A stretch of DNA of 64,000 bases from Octopus sinensis (lineage: Eukaryota), in the NCBI RefSeq assembly GCF_006345805.1, contig NC_043000.1:12090001-12154000 (forward strand), read 5' to 3'. Each line of letters opens with the position of its first letter. Within the stretch, counting starts at the first letter, position 1. Below, in pieces: positions 25,232 through 48,480 of this stretch. A program made the position numbers and the translations under genes. The notes below the pieces were generated by a model that saw only the letters and a list, made by a program, of their open reading frames with translations, did not search any database and was not told where the DNA came from.

Positions 25232-25267
<36 letters not shown>

Positions 25268-25799
25268 CACGTCGTAAATATATACTTAGTAAATATATAA
25301 GTCACTAAACATATATTTGTCGCCTTCTTTAACAGCGAAAAATTAGAAGATGCAAAAAAAAATTATTTATGTTAAATTTATTCAATATATACACGAAAAT
25401 CAAATCCAAATTACCTTTAAAGAAAAAACTGGATTTACAAAATAATTCGCTAAAAAGATAAAACTGTTTCAAAGAAGAAAGTCTTTGACAAATTATAAGC
25501 AAAGCCTCTGAAATGTTTCAGTATTTTGAGATTTCGATATTCGTTGACGAAGCGTTGAATTTCCGCTGTACTACCTTTATATGCATGCATATAATATATA
25601 ATATAATATAATATAATATAATATAATATAATATAATATACGTATGTATGTATGTATGTATGTATGTATGTATGTATGTATGTATGTATGTATGTATGTA
25701 TGTATGTATGTATGTATGTATGTATGCATGCATGCATGTATATATGTATCTATACATGAATATATGTATTTCTTTGGTGATATGGATTATCTCCATCGT

Positions 25800-25820
25800 T
25801 GATACGTTTTATTATTATTA

Positions 25821-25853
<33 letters not shown>

Positions 25854-25954
25854 TATTATTATTATTATTATATTATTATTATTATCATTATTATATTATT
25901 ATTATATTATTATTATTATTATTATCATTATTATTACTATTACTATTATTATTA

Positions 25955-25997
<43 letters not shown>

Positions 25998-26028
25998 CAT
26001 TATTATTACTATTACTATTATATTATCA

Positions 26029-26099
<71 letters not shown>

Positions 26100-26381
26100 T
26101 TATATTATATTATTATTATTATTATTCTTATTATCATTCTTATTTTACTATATTACTATTATTATTATCATTATTATTATTATATTATTATATTATTATT
26201 ATTATTATCATTATTATTACTATTACTATTATATTATCATTATTATATTATTATTATATTATTATTATTATTATATTATTATCATTATTATTACTATTAC
26301 TATTATTATTATTATCATTATTATTATTATATTATATTATTATTATTATTATTATATCATTATTATTACTATTATTATTAT

Positions 26382-26412
<31 letters not shown>

Positions 26413-26620
26413 TATTATTATTATCATTATTATTATTAACATTATTATTATTATTATCATTATTATTATATTATTATTATTATTGTTATCGTCATTATTA
26501 TTATTAGATTATTATTATTATTATATTATCATCATCGTCATTATTATTATTATTATTATTATATTATTATTATTATTATTTTTATTATATTATTATATTA
26601 TTATTATTATATTATTTCGT
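25800..26620. repeat. Degenerate (TAT)n tract
   Basis: ~820 bp of TAT/CAT/TAC triplets. Confidence 0.95.
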
Positions 26621-27744
26621 TTGTGTATTGTTTCTCTTTTAAAGATTATTTCTAGAAATATTTTCAGCTCGCAAGATGAAATTTATTATCTTTGAATTCC
26701 ATTTTGTTTGTTGGTGAATTTCAACATATTTACTTTGCTGCAAATAATAGCTTTAGATAATGTTTAGCGATGTATTTATTCTACAGATAAAAAGCATTGT
26801 GACGAATTTTGAACGAATCTCTCCCCACTGCGACAATGTCCAGTATTTATTTTTTTTTTTTGGCTGAAGAACCTGATTTGGCGTAGCTAAATACTGGCTA
26901 TTCTACGATATTCATGATAAGCGTTATAAAACCTGATGCATAATAACATTTTCGCAAGGCGTGATTACCTTTAGGTAAATCGCACCTTGCAAAATCGGAC
27001 CTGATTATTGTTTAATACTTTATACTAGGCCATAGCAGAAAACTTTGGGTGGATAGGATAGAAGAGAATGAAGAACAAAATAACAAAAACTATTAGAGCG
27101 GTGAATGCCTTTAATAAAAGATACTGACCGACAGTGACCATATATATGTGTAGTGGATCTTGCATGCATGAAGTGGATTCGATCCACCATAGCCAAATTT
27201 AAATTAACACTGCAACAGAACTTTTCCCACGATGGAACAATGGTTTTTTCTCTGACAGCAGTTTTACATTTTCCAGATGCCTTTAGCTAGGCCGAAATAA
27301 TGTCTTCACCACTAGACCCTTTCTAACCTCTTGTACATCACCAAAAGCTAGAATAGAGATAACAAGACCACCAACTAAATCTATTGTTCTCAATGATATG
27401 TCTATCCTTCTGAATGGTTATAAAAGCAAGAATACCCCAAGCAAAAATCAGTCAGTCACTTCGGTGACGACGAAGTCTAGCTAACCAGCTAGAACCTTGG
27501 TCAGAGGGAGAAATGAAGTTTACTGTCAACAACTGTGAGGCAACATCCTACAATTCTCTCTAGCTCTAATTCTGTTCTCTTACAACATAATTTACCTCTC
27601 TCTGTATTTACTACTAAACAATGAAGAGGACACAAACACAAACTTTACTTCGTATGCTTTTGGATTTATCATAACCTACCCATTACATATATTTATGTAG
27701 AGGTGTTGCTTGGTCGGTCGAGTCGAGCTGGTGAATCTTTTATC

Positions 27745-27949
27745 TTTTATCGTTTACTTTTTACTCGTTACAATCAATAGACTGCAGCCATGCTGGGGCA
27801 CCGCCTTGAAGGGTTTTTAGTCGAATGAATCGACCCCAGTACTAATTAGCTAAAGCCAAGTACTTTGTTTTTTTCGGTCACTTTGACCGAACCGCTAAGT
27901 TTCAGGGACGTAAACACATTAACACCGATTGTCAAACGGTGGTGGTGGA

Positions 27950-27989
<40 letters not shown>

Positions 27990-28261
27990 TGCACATACAC
28001 ACACACACGCATGCACATACACACACACACACTCTCTCTCTCTCACACACACACACACACTCAAAAAGCGCACACGCAAACGCACGTATATGTGTATACG
28101 ACGGGATTTTTTCAGTTTCCACCTACCAAATCCACTCACGACGCTTTGGTTGGCTCGAGGCTATAGTAGAAGACACTTGCTCAAGGTGCCACACAGCGGG
28201 ACTGTACCCGGAACCATGTGACTGGCAAGTAAGCTTCTTAACATGCAGCCACTCCTACGCC
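27745..28261 (-). mobile_element. SINE family B
   Basis: Reverse-complement copy with an internal (CA)n tract. Confidence 0.8.
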
Positions 28262-28861
28262 TGTGATCCTATATTTTAAACGTTTTAGTCGCCACTGTCG
28301 CAATGGATGGCTTTATTGCCACTGTTGTACAGAACGCGTTGAATGTCATTGCCTGCGTAAATAATTACTGAAGCAACTCACGTGTCTTTAACTTTAATAT
28401 TAATTTACGGCCATGATATTTGTGTTGGCTCTTTACACTGAAAGATGTTAATAATACAATTGCTAACTGGGAAGAGAGAAAAGCCGTGCCGTGTCCGTAG
28501 CTGTTACCTATCGGATATCGTGTTAATGCTCAGAATTGGTCTGCCTGAGAATTCCGAAATCGTTTGCGCAAAGTTCGAAACTATCTGCACAAATGCCAAA
28601 AGTCATTTGCTTGGCAAGTGGTAAGGCGTGTGAATCAGCCGGCCTCGCTCAACACTTTGCGATGATTTAGGTGCCAATCGGTTTTTATGCGGTGACAAGA
28701 GGGTAAATTCTAGAACATCGGAGAAGCTATATCACGCCACAGTTTCACGCCGATATCGAAAAACATCGATTGAACAAACACTGCTTTTGTCGGTAATAAA
28801 GAATTTTCAGCCAGCCCGACAGCTGTTTGCAAAATCAGGGAGCTGTATTCTTTTTATTCTC

Positions 28862-29057
28862 TTATTCTTTTACACGTCTCAGTCATTTGACTGCGGCCAT
28901 GGTTGAAGCATTGCCTTAAAGGGTTTTCGTCGAAGAAATCGACCCCAGGACTTATTCTTTGTAAGCCTAGTATTTATTCTATCGGTCACTTTTGCCGTTA
29001 AGTTAAGGGGACATAAGCACACCAACATCGGTTATCAAGCAGTGGTGGTAGTGGGGA

Positions 29058-29123
<66 letters not shown>

Positions 29124-29287
29124 CGACGGGCTTCTTTCAGTTTCCATCCACCAAATCCACTCATAAGGCTTTGATGAGACCGAGGCTATAGTAGAAGACA
29201 CTTGCCCAAGTTGTGGTGCAGTGGGACTGAACCCATATCCACATAGTTGCCAAGTGAACTTTTTAACCGCACAGCTAAGCCTGTGCC
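28862..29287 (-). mobile_element. SINE family B
   Basis: Reverse-complement copy. Confidence 0.8.
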
Positions 29288-29554
29288 TATAAATTGAATT
29301 TTATTTATATATTTTTTATTTATTTTGTACCCATAAATTTGTCGACGTAACAGGTGGAATAATAGCCACCATTTTGTTGTGTCTCACATGGAGCACACAT
29401 AGAGCAATTCATATTTAAGTGAATAAGTAGGAAATGGTGACAAAAGAAGATCTGCTGCCGTCGATGGAAGTTTGAATATCGTAGTGTTACTTTCTGTTTG
29501 CTTTCTGTTGTTAGCCCATGTGTCCTCTCCTAGGTTCATGATTATTGTTTGTTA

Positions 29555-30163
29555 TTTCTTTACTACCCACAAGGGGCTAAACACAGAGGGGACAAACAAG
29601 GACAGACAACGGATTAAGTTGATTAGATCGATCCCCAGTGCGTAACTGGTACTTATTTAATCGACCCCTGAAAGGATGACAGGCAAAGTCGACCTCGGCG
29701 GAATTTGAACTCAGAACGTAGCGGCAGATGAAATCCCTACTTCTTTACTACCCACAAGGGGCTACACACAGAGGGGACAAACAAGGACAGACAAACGGAC
29801 ACGGATTAATCGTTGATATCGACCCTAGTGCGTAACTGCTACTTATTTAATCGACCCCGAAAGGATGACAGGCAAAGTCGACCTCGGCGGAATTTGAACT
29901 CAGAAAGTAGCGGCAGAGAAGAAGTACCTGTTTCTTACTACCCACAAGTGGCTAAACACAGAGAGTGACAAAACAAGGACAAACACACGGCGATTAAGTC
30001 GATTATATCGACCTCAGTGCGTAACTGGTACTTAATTTATCGACCCCGAAAGGATGAAAGGCAAAGTCAACCTCGGCGGAATTTGAACTCAGAACGTCGC
30101 AGCTGACGAAATACCGCTAAGCATTTCGCCCGGCGTGCTAACGTTTCTGCCAGCTTACCGCCT
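29555..30163 (-). mobile_element. Three tandem SINE family C units
   Basis: Units begin TTTCTT(T)ACTACCCACAAG at ~29555, ~29740 and ~29930. Only the last retains the full head. Confidence 0.8.
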
Positions 30164-30569
30164 TTCATTATTATTGTTTGTCTGGAGTGGTCGGAATGTG
30201 CATTGTAGTTTAGAAAAAGGAAATATGTGAGTTTATATCTACGACGAGTCATTCAAAGATTGTCGATGGTGTGCTTCGAGAAGTGGTTGCACATGTACGA
30301 TACTAGTTCACTCGGGGTTTTAGGAATACTAGACGTTGTAGCGTAGCCATTTTAGCTCGGTCGTTTTTGCGTCACCTATTCGGCATCGCTGATTCGATGT
30401 TGACTCACTAGACATCAGGCGTCTTATGTTTCTATAATTTTAATGTGTCTCCCGTTCTCCCCACCACCTCTCTTTCTAACTCCGTTATGTGCATGAGCAT
30501 CTAGTTTTGTCTGTATGTATATATAATGTCACTCTATCTCCCTCTCTTGATCTGTATGTATATTGTTAT

Positions 30570-30880
30570 GCGTGAATGTGCGTGGCTTAGTGGTCAGGGC
30601 ATTCGGTTTACGATCGTAAGGTCGTGAGTTCAATTCCCGGCAACGCGTTGTATCCTTGAGCAAGATACTTTACTTCACTTTGCCCCAGCCCACTCAGTTG
30701 GCGAAAATGAGTAGTTCCCATATTTCAAAGAGCCAACCTTGCCGCATTCTGTGTCATGCTGAATCTCCCTGAGAACTACGTTAAGGATACACATGTCTGT
30801 GGAGTGCTCAGCCACTTGTACGTTCATTTCACAAGCAGGTTGTTCCGTTGATCGGATCTTCGTCGTCGTAACCGACGGAG
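30570..30880 (+). mobile_element. SINE with CORE-like middle and family-A 3' domain
   Basis: tRNA-like head, then TCCTTGAGCAAGATACTTTACTTCAC, then GCTGAATCTCCCTGAGAACTACGTTAAGG..TCGTCGTAACCGACGGAG. Similar minus-strand copy at ~11075-11290. Confidence 0.7.
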
Positions 30881-32029
30881 TACCAGTTGTATACTTATGC
30901 GGGCGCATGTGTGTGTGTGTTTGCCTCCAGTGCTAAAATGTACTGTTGCCAAAACAGGGCTGAATGCCCAGTCAGCTGTACCAAATCGTTAGCGTCAAAA
31001 AGCTGCGCCCGTCTCGTTCCGACTATACTGGTGTAATGTTATGATCGTCGAGCTTACCAAATCGGAGAAGTCACTAGTCGAGTTGTTCTGTCTTATGCTA
31101 ATCACTTGTACAGTATCATGTGGTTTGTTTTGTGATTTATGTTAGATATAAATACTTGCAGAAATCGCAGTATGGCCGAACGGTTTGGAAGTTCGCTTCG
31201 CAACGAAATCTCGGGTCCGATCCCACTGTGTATTACCTTTTGAAGAGGCGATTTTCACTAAGTCTGGGTTAACCCATAACTTGTAAGTAAATCAGGGTAT
31301 ATGGAAACTGTTGAGAAGCTTTCTTTGAAATTGCAATTTTCAATAGTTCTGGATTAACCCATACCTTGTAAATAAATCGAGGTAGATGGAAACTGTAGTA
31401 GCCTTTGCATGCTATTTCAATATCTGGGTTAACCTCGAAGTAAATCAGGGTAATGGAAACTGTAGCGAAGCCTTCTTGTAATTCAAAAAGTATAACCTTG
31501 TCACACATCGTGTTACACTAATTCTATCAGAAAATTACGTTAAGGGTCCGTATCCAGTAACGTATCCAGTGTGTGGGCCACCCAGGACATTCCTTGAGTT
31601 GCCTCTCCACCCCCGAACGGCGAACTGTACAGACTTATATAGCAAACCTAAAATTGACGTCCTCATAAAAGCATTGCCCGGGACGAGTCACCCTTCTCCC
31701 TTCACTAGCTACGCTCTGCACGTGTCTATGGTCATCTCAGCCGCTTACACTTAAATTCAAGAGCAAGTAATTCAGTTGATCGAAAAACTGGAACCTCGTC
31801 GTCGCAACGACGCAGATCCACCATTACCACCATCAGATGTGTGCTCGTTTCTGGAGGGTTTTTTATAGCTGATTTCTTATTTCCTGTCTAGCTGTTTGTT
31901 TCTGAGTCATATCTATGTTGTATGATCATACAGTGGATTGCTTGATATAGTTCCTGTTTGTTTCTGATGTGTAATCAGGTCGGTTTTTGTGTTGGATTGT
32001 GAGATATATTTTTGGAGCATATCTATATC

Positions 32030-32402
32030 GGCGCAGGAGTGACTGTGTGGTAAGTAGCTAGCATACCAACCACGTTGTTCCGGGTTTCAGTCCCACTGCG
32101 TGGCACCTTGGGCAAGTGTCTTCTACTATAGCTTCGGGCCGACCAAAGCCTCGTGAGTGGATTTGGTAGACGGAACTGAAACAAGCCCGTCGTATATATA
32201 TATGTGTGCGCGCGTGCGCGCGTGTGTATGTGTGTGTGTGTGTGTGTGTGTGTTTGTCCCCCCGCCCCTCCCATCACTTGACAATCGATGCTGATGTGTT
32301 TATGTCCCCGTAACTTAGCGTTTCGGCAAAAGAGACCGATAGAATAAGTACTAGGCTTACAAAGAGTAAGTCCTGGGATCCATTTGCTCCAACAACACAC
32401 CG
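32030..32402 (+). mobile_element. SINE family B (3'-truncated at (AAT)n)
   Basis: Colinear with the 7055 copy. Confidence 0.8.
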
Positions 32403-32407
32403 CATAA

Positions 32408-32479
<72 letters not shown>

Positions 32480-32481
<2 letters not shown>

Positions 32482-32597
32482 GCAGACAAAAATCATGCCT
32501 CATCATTGATATGACCGTCCCAATCGATATAAATGTATCTATCAATACCTACCAAAAACTGAGCAAGTATAAAGATCATGAAATAGAAATTTACAAA
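32480..32597 (+). mobile_element. Short R4/Dong endonuclease fragment
   Basis: Reads RQKSCLIIDMTVPIDINVSINTYQKLSKYKDHEIEI, homologous to the 18.5 kb ORF. Preceded by (AAT)n. Confidence 0.65.
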
Positions 32598-33105
32598 AAC
32601 TGATCAGAAGTGTTATCATGTAGATGTTTTGTCTTGGTATAAAAGATGGGTTACAGCAAATATTCTGCTCCATACCACAGATTTGCTTGTCAGTTGTTTG
32701 ACCCTAAACAATTGAGCATGTCCCTTAGTGGCTGACGATATGTGCATCTCTGACCACGAGCAGAAGTAGTGGGGGAGTATCATAGCCGTGTGTTTAAAGG
32801 AATTCTTGGAGGTTTGGATAATTCACCTTTAGAAACATGGGTTGTTGGTTCAACATCCTTAAAAAGTCCATATTCAGGGACCTTTTGAGCGGGATGGACA
32901 ACTCGACCAGAAGAAAATTCTAACTGGGCCCCACCTGCAAGGTCATGCGCTGTTTATATTGATATGAGATCACCATGTCGCGCACATATGTTTGTGATGC
33001 ATCTGCCTGGTGAACCCTTATCAGACGGATGGTCATGACAGATATGCTGGGCTTCGTATATTTTACCCCAGTGTCACTTTGATGGCATGCACTGCTCTCT
33101 CACTC
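32598..33105 (+). mobile_element. (AAT)n-flanked retroelement 3' segment, copy 4
   Basis: Same element, directly fused to an upstream Dong endonuclease fragment. Confidence 0.7.
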
Positions 33106-33154
<49 letters not shown>

Positions 33155-33414
33155 TAATAATAATAATAACAATAATAATAATTGCTTCAAATTTTGGTAC
33201 AAGGCCAGCAAATAAGAACAACAACAATGATAATAATAATAATTTCTTTATTAGCCACAAGGGCATAAATGAAATGATGTAGGGCAATATCAAGGAGAGG
33301 GAAGAAGAAGAAGAAGAAGAAGAAGAAGAAGAAGAAGAAGGAGAAGAAGAAGAAGAAGAAGAAGGAGGAGAAGAAGAAGAAGAAGAAGAAGAAGAAAGAG
33401 AAGAAGAAGAAAAA

Positions 33415-33446
<32 letters not shown>

Positions 33447-33511
33447 CGATGATGATGACGATGGTGATAGTGATGGTGAAGAAGAAGAAGAAGAAGAAAA
33501 GATGATGATGA

Positions 33512-33611
33512 NNNNNNNNNNNNNNNNNNNNNNNNNNNNNNNNNNNNNNNNNNNNNNNNNNNNNNNNNNNNNNNNNNNNNNNNNNNNNNNNNNNNNNNNN
33601 NNNNNNNNNNN
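33512..33611. other. Assembly gap (100 N)
   Basis: Run of exactly 100 N between (GAA/GAT)n and the satellite, suggesting a placeholder of unknown size. Confidence 0.99.
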
Positions 33612-43936
<10,325 letters not shown>

Positions 43937-44390
43937 TGATTTTTGATTTTGATTTTGATTTTTCCAGTTTCAGCTAATGAGCTGTGGCCATGCTGGGCAC
44001 CGCCATTTGGTTTGCTACACCGGTTTTAACCTCACGGATGCTTTTTAGCAAATGCCATCTGATGCATGAGAGAGTTCGATGCAGCTGCCCTCATCTGCAC
44101 CTCCTGCCGTGAAGTTGGTTCATCCGGGACACCTGACAGGAAGAAATCCAGTCCTACTTTAAAGACATCCGCATCTACACCATGCAGGTCCCTCAGGTTC
44201 TTCGGGAGGATATTGAAGAGCCGTGGGCCTCTGAAGCCCAGGCTATCACAATATCTTGTCCTACATCTTGATGGCAAGTTTGGAGGCCTTGGTACTACGC
44301 AGTGGCGTCCGGTTCTGGCATTTGTGTGACTCTCGATGTCAAAGTCTGGGACAAGACCTTCCAGGATCGTCCAGATATATATTATGGCAT
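43937..44390 (-). mobile_element. CR1/L2-group LINE 3' fragment embedded in satellite
   Basis: Reads [57 protein letters not shown] (ORF2 C-terminus), followed by a 3' UTR and an (AAAATC)n tail. Confidence 0.8.
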
Positions 44391-44864
44391 ATACATACAT
44401 ACATATACGTATATATATATATATATACACATACGTATATATATATATACACATACGTATATATATATATACACATACGTATATATATATATACACATAC
44501 GTATATATATATATACACATACGTATATATATATATACACATACGTATATATATATATACACATACGTATATATATATACACATACGTATATATATATAC
44601 ACATACGTATATATATATACACATACGTATATATATACATATACGTATATATATAACACATACGTATATATATATACACATACGTATATATATATACACA
44701 TACGTATATATATATACACATACGTATATATATATACACATACGTATATATATATACATATACGTATATATATATACACATACGTATATATATATACATA
44801 TACGTATATATATATACACATACGTATATATATATACATATACGTATATATATATACATATACG

Positions 44865-44897
<33 letters not shown>

Positions 44898-45110
44898 ATA
44901 TACGTATATATATATATACACACATACATATACGTATATATATATATACACACATACATATACGTATATATATATACACACATACATATACGTATATATA
45001 TACACACACACATATACGTATATATACACACACACATATACGTATATATATACACACACACATATACGTATATATATACACACACACATATACGTATATA
45101 TATCTGTATA

Positions 45111-45143
<33 letters not shown>

Positions 45144-45800
45144 CTATATACATACGTATATATCTATATACATAAACATACATATATATATATATACATA
45201 CATATATATATATATATGTACATATATACATACGTACATATATATATATACATATATACACACATATAGACATATATACACATATATGTACATATATACA
45301 TACGTACATATATACATACGTACATATATACATACGTACATATATACATACGTACATATATACATACGTACATATATACATACGTACATATATACATACG
45401 TACATATATATATACATATATACACACATATAGACATATATACACATATATATACGTATATATATATGCACATATAAACATACGTACAAATATATACATA
45501 TATATATATACACACACACACATAAACGTACATGTATATACATATATATACGTACACATATACGTACATATATATATACATACAGACATTTCTATATATA
45601 TATATATATACACACACACATACGTACATATATATATACATACAGACATTTCTATATATATATATATATATATACCACACACACATACATTCATTTATAC
45701 ATATATACACAAGTATGTATATTTATATATATACACACATACATCCATATATGTATATACATATAGACATATATATACATACATATATGTACATATATAA
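44391..45800. repeat. Continuation of the RY satellite beyond the LINE fragment
   Basis: 20-22-bp units ACACATACGT(AT)n, then degenerate sequence. Confidence 0.95.
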
Positions 45801-48299
45801 GCCTTCCAGCTTCACAGACCCCAGTTGACCCGTCCAACCCATGCTAGCATGGAAAGCGGACGCTAAACGATGACGATGATGATGTATGTACATATATTTA
45901 CATATACATTCATGTGTATATATATATATACACATACATATACACATATATGTACATACATATACACATATGTGCATATGTATATACACATGTATTTACA
46001 CATATATATATATACACATATCAGCACCGTTTAACCCCAGCTTTCCATGGTAGCATGGGTTGGACGATTTGACTGAGGTCTGGCAAATTAGACGGCTTTA
46101 CCAGATTCCAATCTGACCTGGCAAAGTTTCTACAGCTAGATACTCTTCCTAACTGTAACCCACTCCGAGAGTGTAGTGGGCGCTTTTATGTGACACCGGC
46201 ACAAGGGCCAGTTAGGTGGTACTGGCAACGGCCACGCTCAAATGGTTCTACTTATGTGCCACCTGCACAGGAGCCAGTCCAACAGTCGAATGTTTTTCTT
46301 TTCACAAGCCTCCTGCACAATTGCTAGTAAGGCGACGCAGGTAACGACCATGCTAGAATGGTGATTTTAACGTGCCATCAGCACGCAGGCCAGCTTGTTC
46401 CTCTGGCAACGTTCTCACTCATATGGTACTCTTAGCGCTCCACTAGCAACGGATGCTAGACATATACATAGATATATATATATATATACACACATGCATA
46501 TATTTATACATATGTATATACACGTGTATGTAATATACACATGCATATATTTATACATATGTATATACACGTGTATGTAATATACACATGCATACATACA
46601 TTTATATATATATACATATATGCACACATACACACATATATATGCATACATATCCTGGCCTCATCTAAAATAAGACAGTCTTAACACTAGTGTTGCCTAC
46701 AGTGCCACTTTAAACAACATTAGTGATATGGATAGAAAAGAAAATGATACTCGGAGAAAAAGGAATCTCCACTCATTCTTTCAGATCATCATCATCATCG
46801 TTTAACGTCCGTTCTCCATGCTAGCATGGGTAGGACGGTTCGACCGGGGATCTGGGCAGCCAGAAGGCTGCACCAGACTCGTCTTATCTGGCAATGTTTC
46901 TACAGCTGGATGCCCTTCCTAACGCCAATCACTCCGTGAGTGTAGTGGGTGCTATATAATAATGTACCAACAATTTTCTTATTCTTATTCTTCTATTTAT
47001 GTGTATATATCAGGAATATGCAGCCTGGGTAGGCAGTGCCTACCCTGAATAAAATAGATTGGTAGTAACATTTTTCCTGTTATGGCAAAATATACGCCTA
47101 ATTCAATAAAATTATGAAGGTTTCTCTAATTAGTATGCACAAAATACATAATATTTTGTTTTGAAGATTAGGTATGCAGAATTTGTCCCTGCCTTTCAAT
47201 TTCAGTATTTAAGCTATGCATATGACTGCTGTAGTACACGTGTTGCGTACATTCCTACAACGTTCTCTTTATGTGCCATAACGGTAGAAGTAAATCTGCC
47301 CACAACTCAGCTGCACGAATGTGTTTCGCATATTTTTTTGTTTTACTACTAAAACCTCACCAACTCTTTGCTTGACCAATTACTGATAGCACGTGTGTGT
47401 GTGTGTATGTAAATGTATATAAATATATGTAGTCATGCCCAAAAGTTTGGAACAGCTTTTTGAAATTAAAATAGTTATGCCAAAGTACAATTCAATTCAG
47501 ATATATATATATATATATACTATGTATCTATTTGGACACTTAATATAAAAATTCTAATTTGCAGGCCTATATTCCAAACTTTTGGCCACAACTGTATATA
47601 AGCACAGCTGCACATGTGCTCACCAAGCCAGCAGTCACTTTTTGTATGCATACTTGATACCTTTAATATCCTGGAATATGTTAAGACCTTGCCGAAGCAA
47701 TAAATAGCTAACGCCCTAACAATCTCACCAATTATAACTGACCCTCTACATTCACAACCCAAATTTCCATAACCCTCAAAGTCTAGTTTCCATGAATTAA
47801 AATACTTGTTTTCCAACAGAAGTAAAAGTTTTGCCAAATTCAAATTTTTAGCTACACTACTTACTACAACTGACACACTCACCCTCTAGGGCTGAGAATG
47901 TGGACTAGATAGCATATCTGTACTACATCCAATAGGCCATCTGGTGCTTATACAGCCTTTAAGAACAAAGTTCAATTTTAATCCCAATGACTTGCACTTC
48001 AGATAAAGCCTCAAGCAACCCAGGCCTTGTGAGTGAAATTACAAAACCATGAATATGGACCAAACCTGTATTTCAAGACACAACCACGTCAGAACTGTGC
48101 CGATTTTACTCAAGTATTACATTAACAGTATATAAGAGTCTCTGAATACTCAACCACTAACATTACACAGTACATAAATCATTTGGTCGTACAACTGGAG
48201 TACCTGTTTATTGACCTCAACAAGAGCCCAAATGTTTCACATCTCACTGAAGCAAAGTGCATATTTCAACCATACAACACCCAGAGATGTTCCAATCGG

Positions 48300-48480
48300 G
48301 AATGACTGTGACTGTGTGGTGAAAAGTCTACTTCCGAAAGGAAGCTATGGAAGAGGGAGACCCAGGAAGACATGGGACGAGATGGTGAAGCATGATCTTC
48401 AAATTTTGGGCCACATGGAGGCAAAGACTAGTGACCGAGATGGATGGCGATACGCCATGCTTAAGAAAACCTATCAAGCC
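48300..48480 (+). mobile_element. RTE-type LINE 3' remnant
   Basis: GRGRPRKTWDEMVKHDL..DRDGWR is the typical RTE ORF C-terminal motif. Confidence 0.65.

Noticed and set aside
25799-26695. 298-aa Ile/Leu/Tyr 'membrane protein' ORF
   Set aside because: Translation of (TAT)n.
27050-27460. Possible LINE ORF2 remnant on the minus strand
   Set aside because: Only vague motif resemblance with multiple stops; could not be assigned.
31263-31470. Repeat-spacer-like pattern suggestive of CRISPR
   Set aside because: Eukaryotic context, only three degenerate units, resemblance to the SINE B core, and no cas genes.
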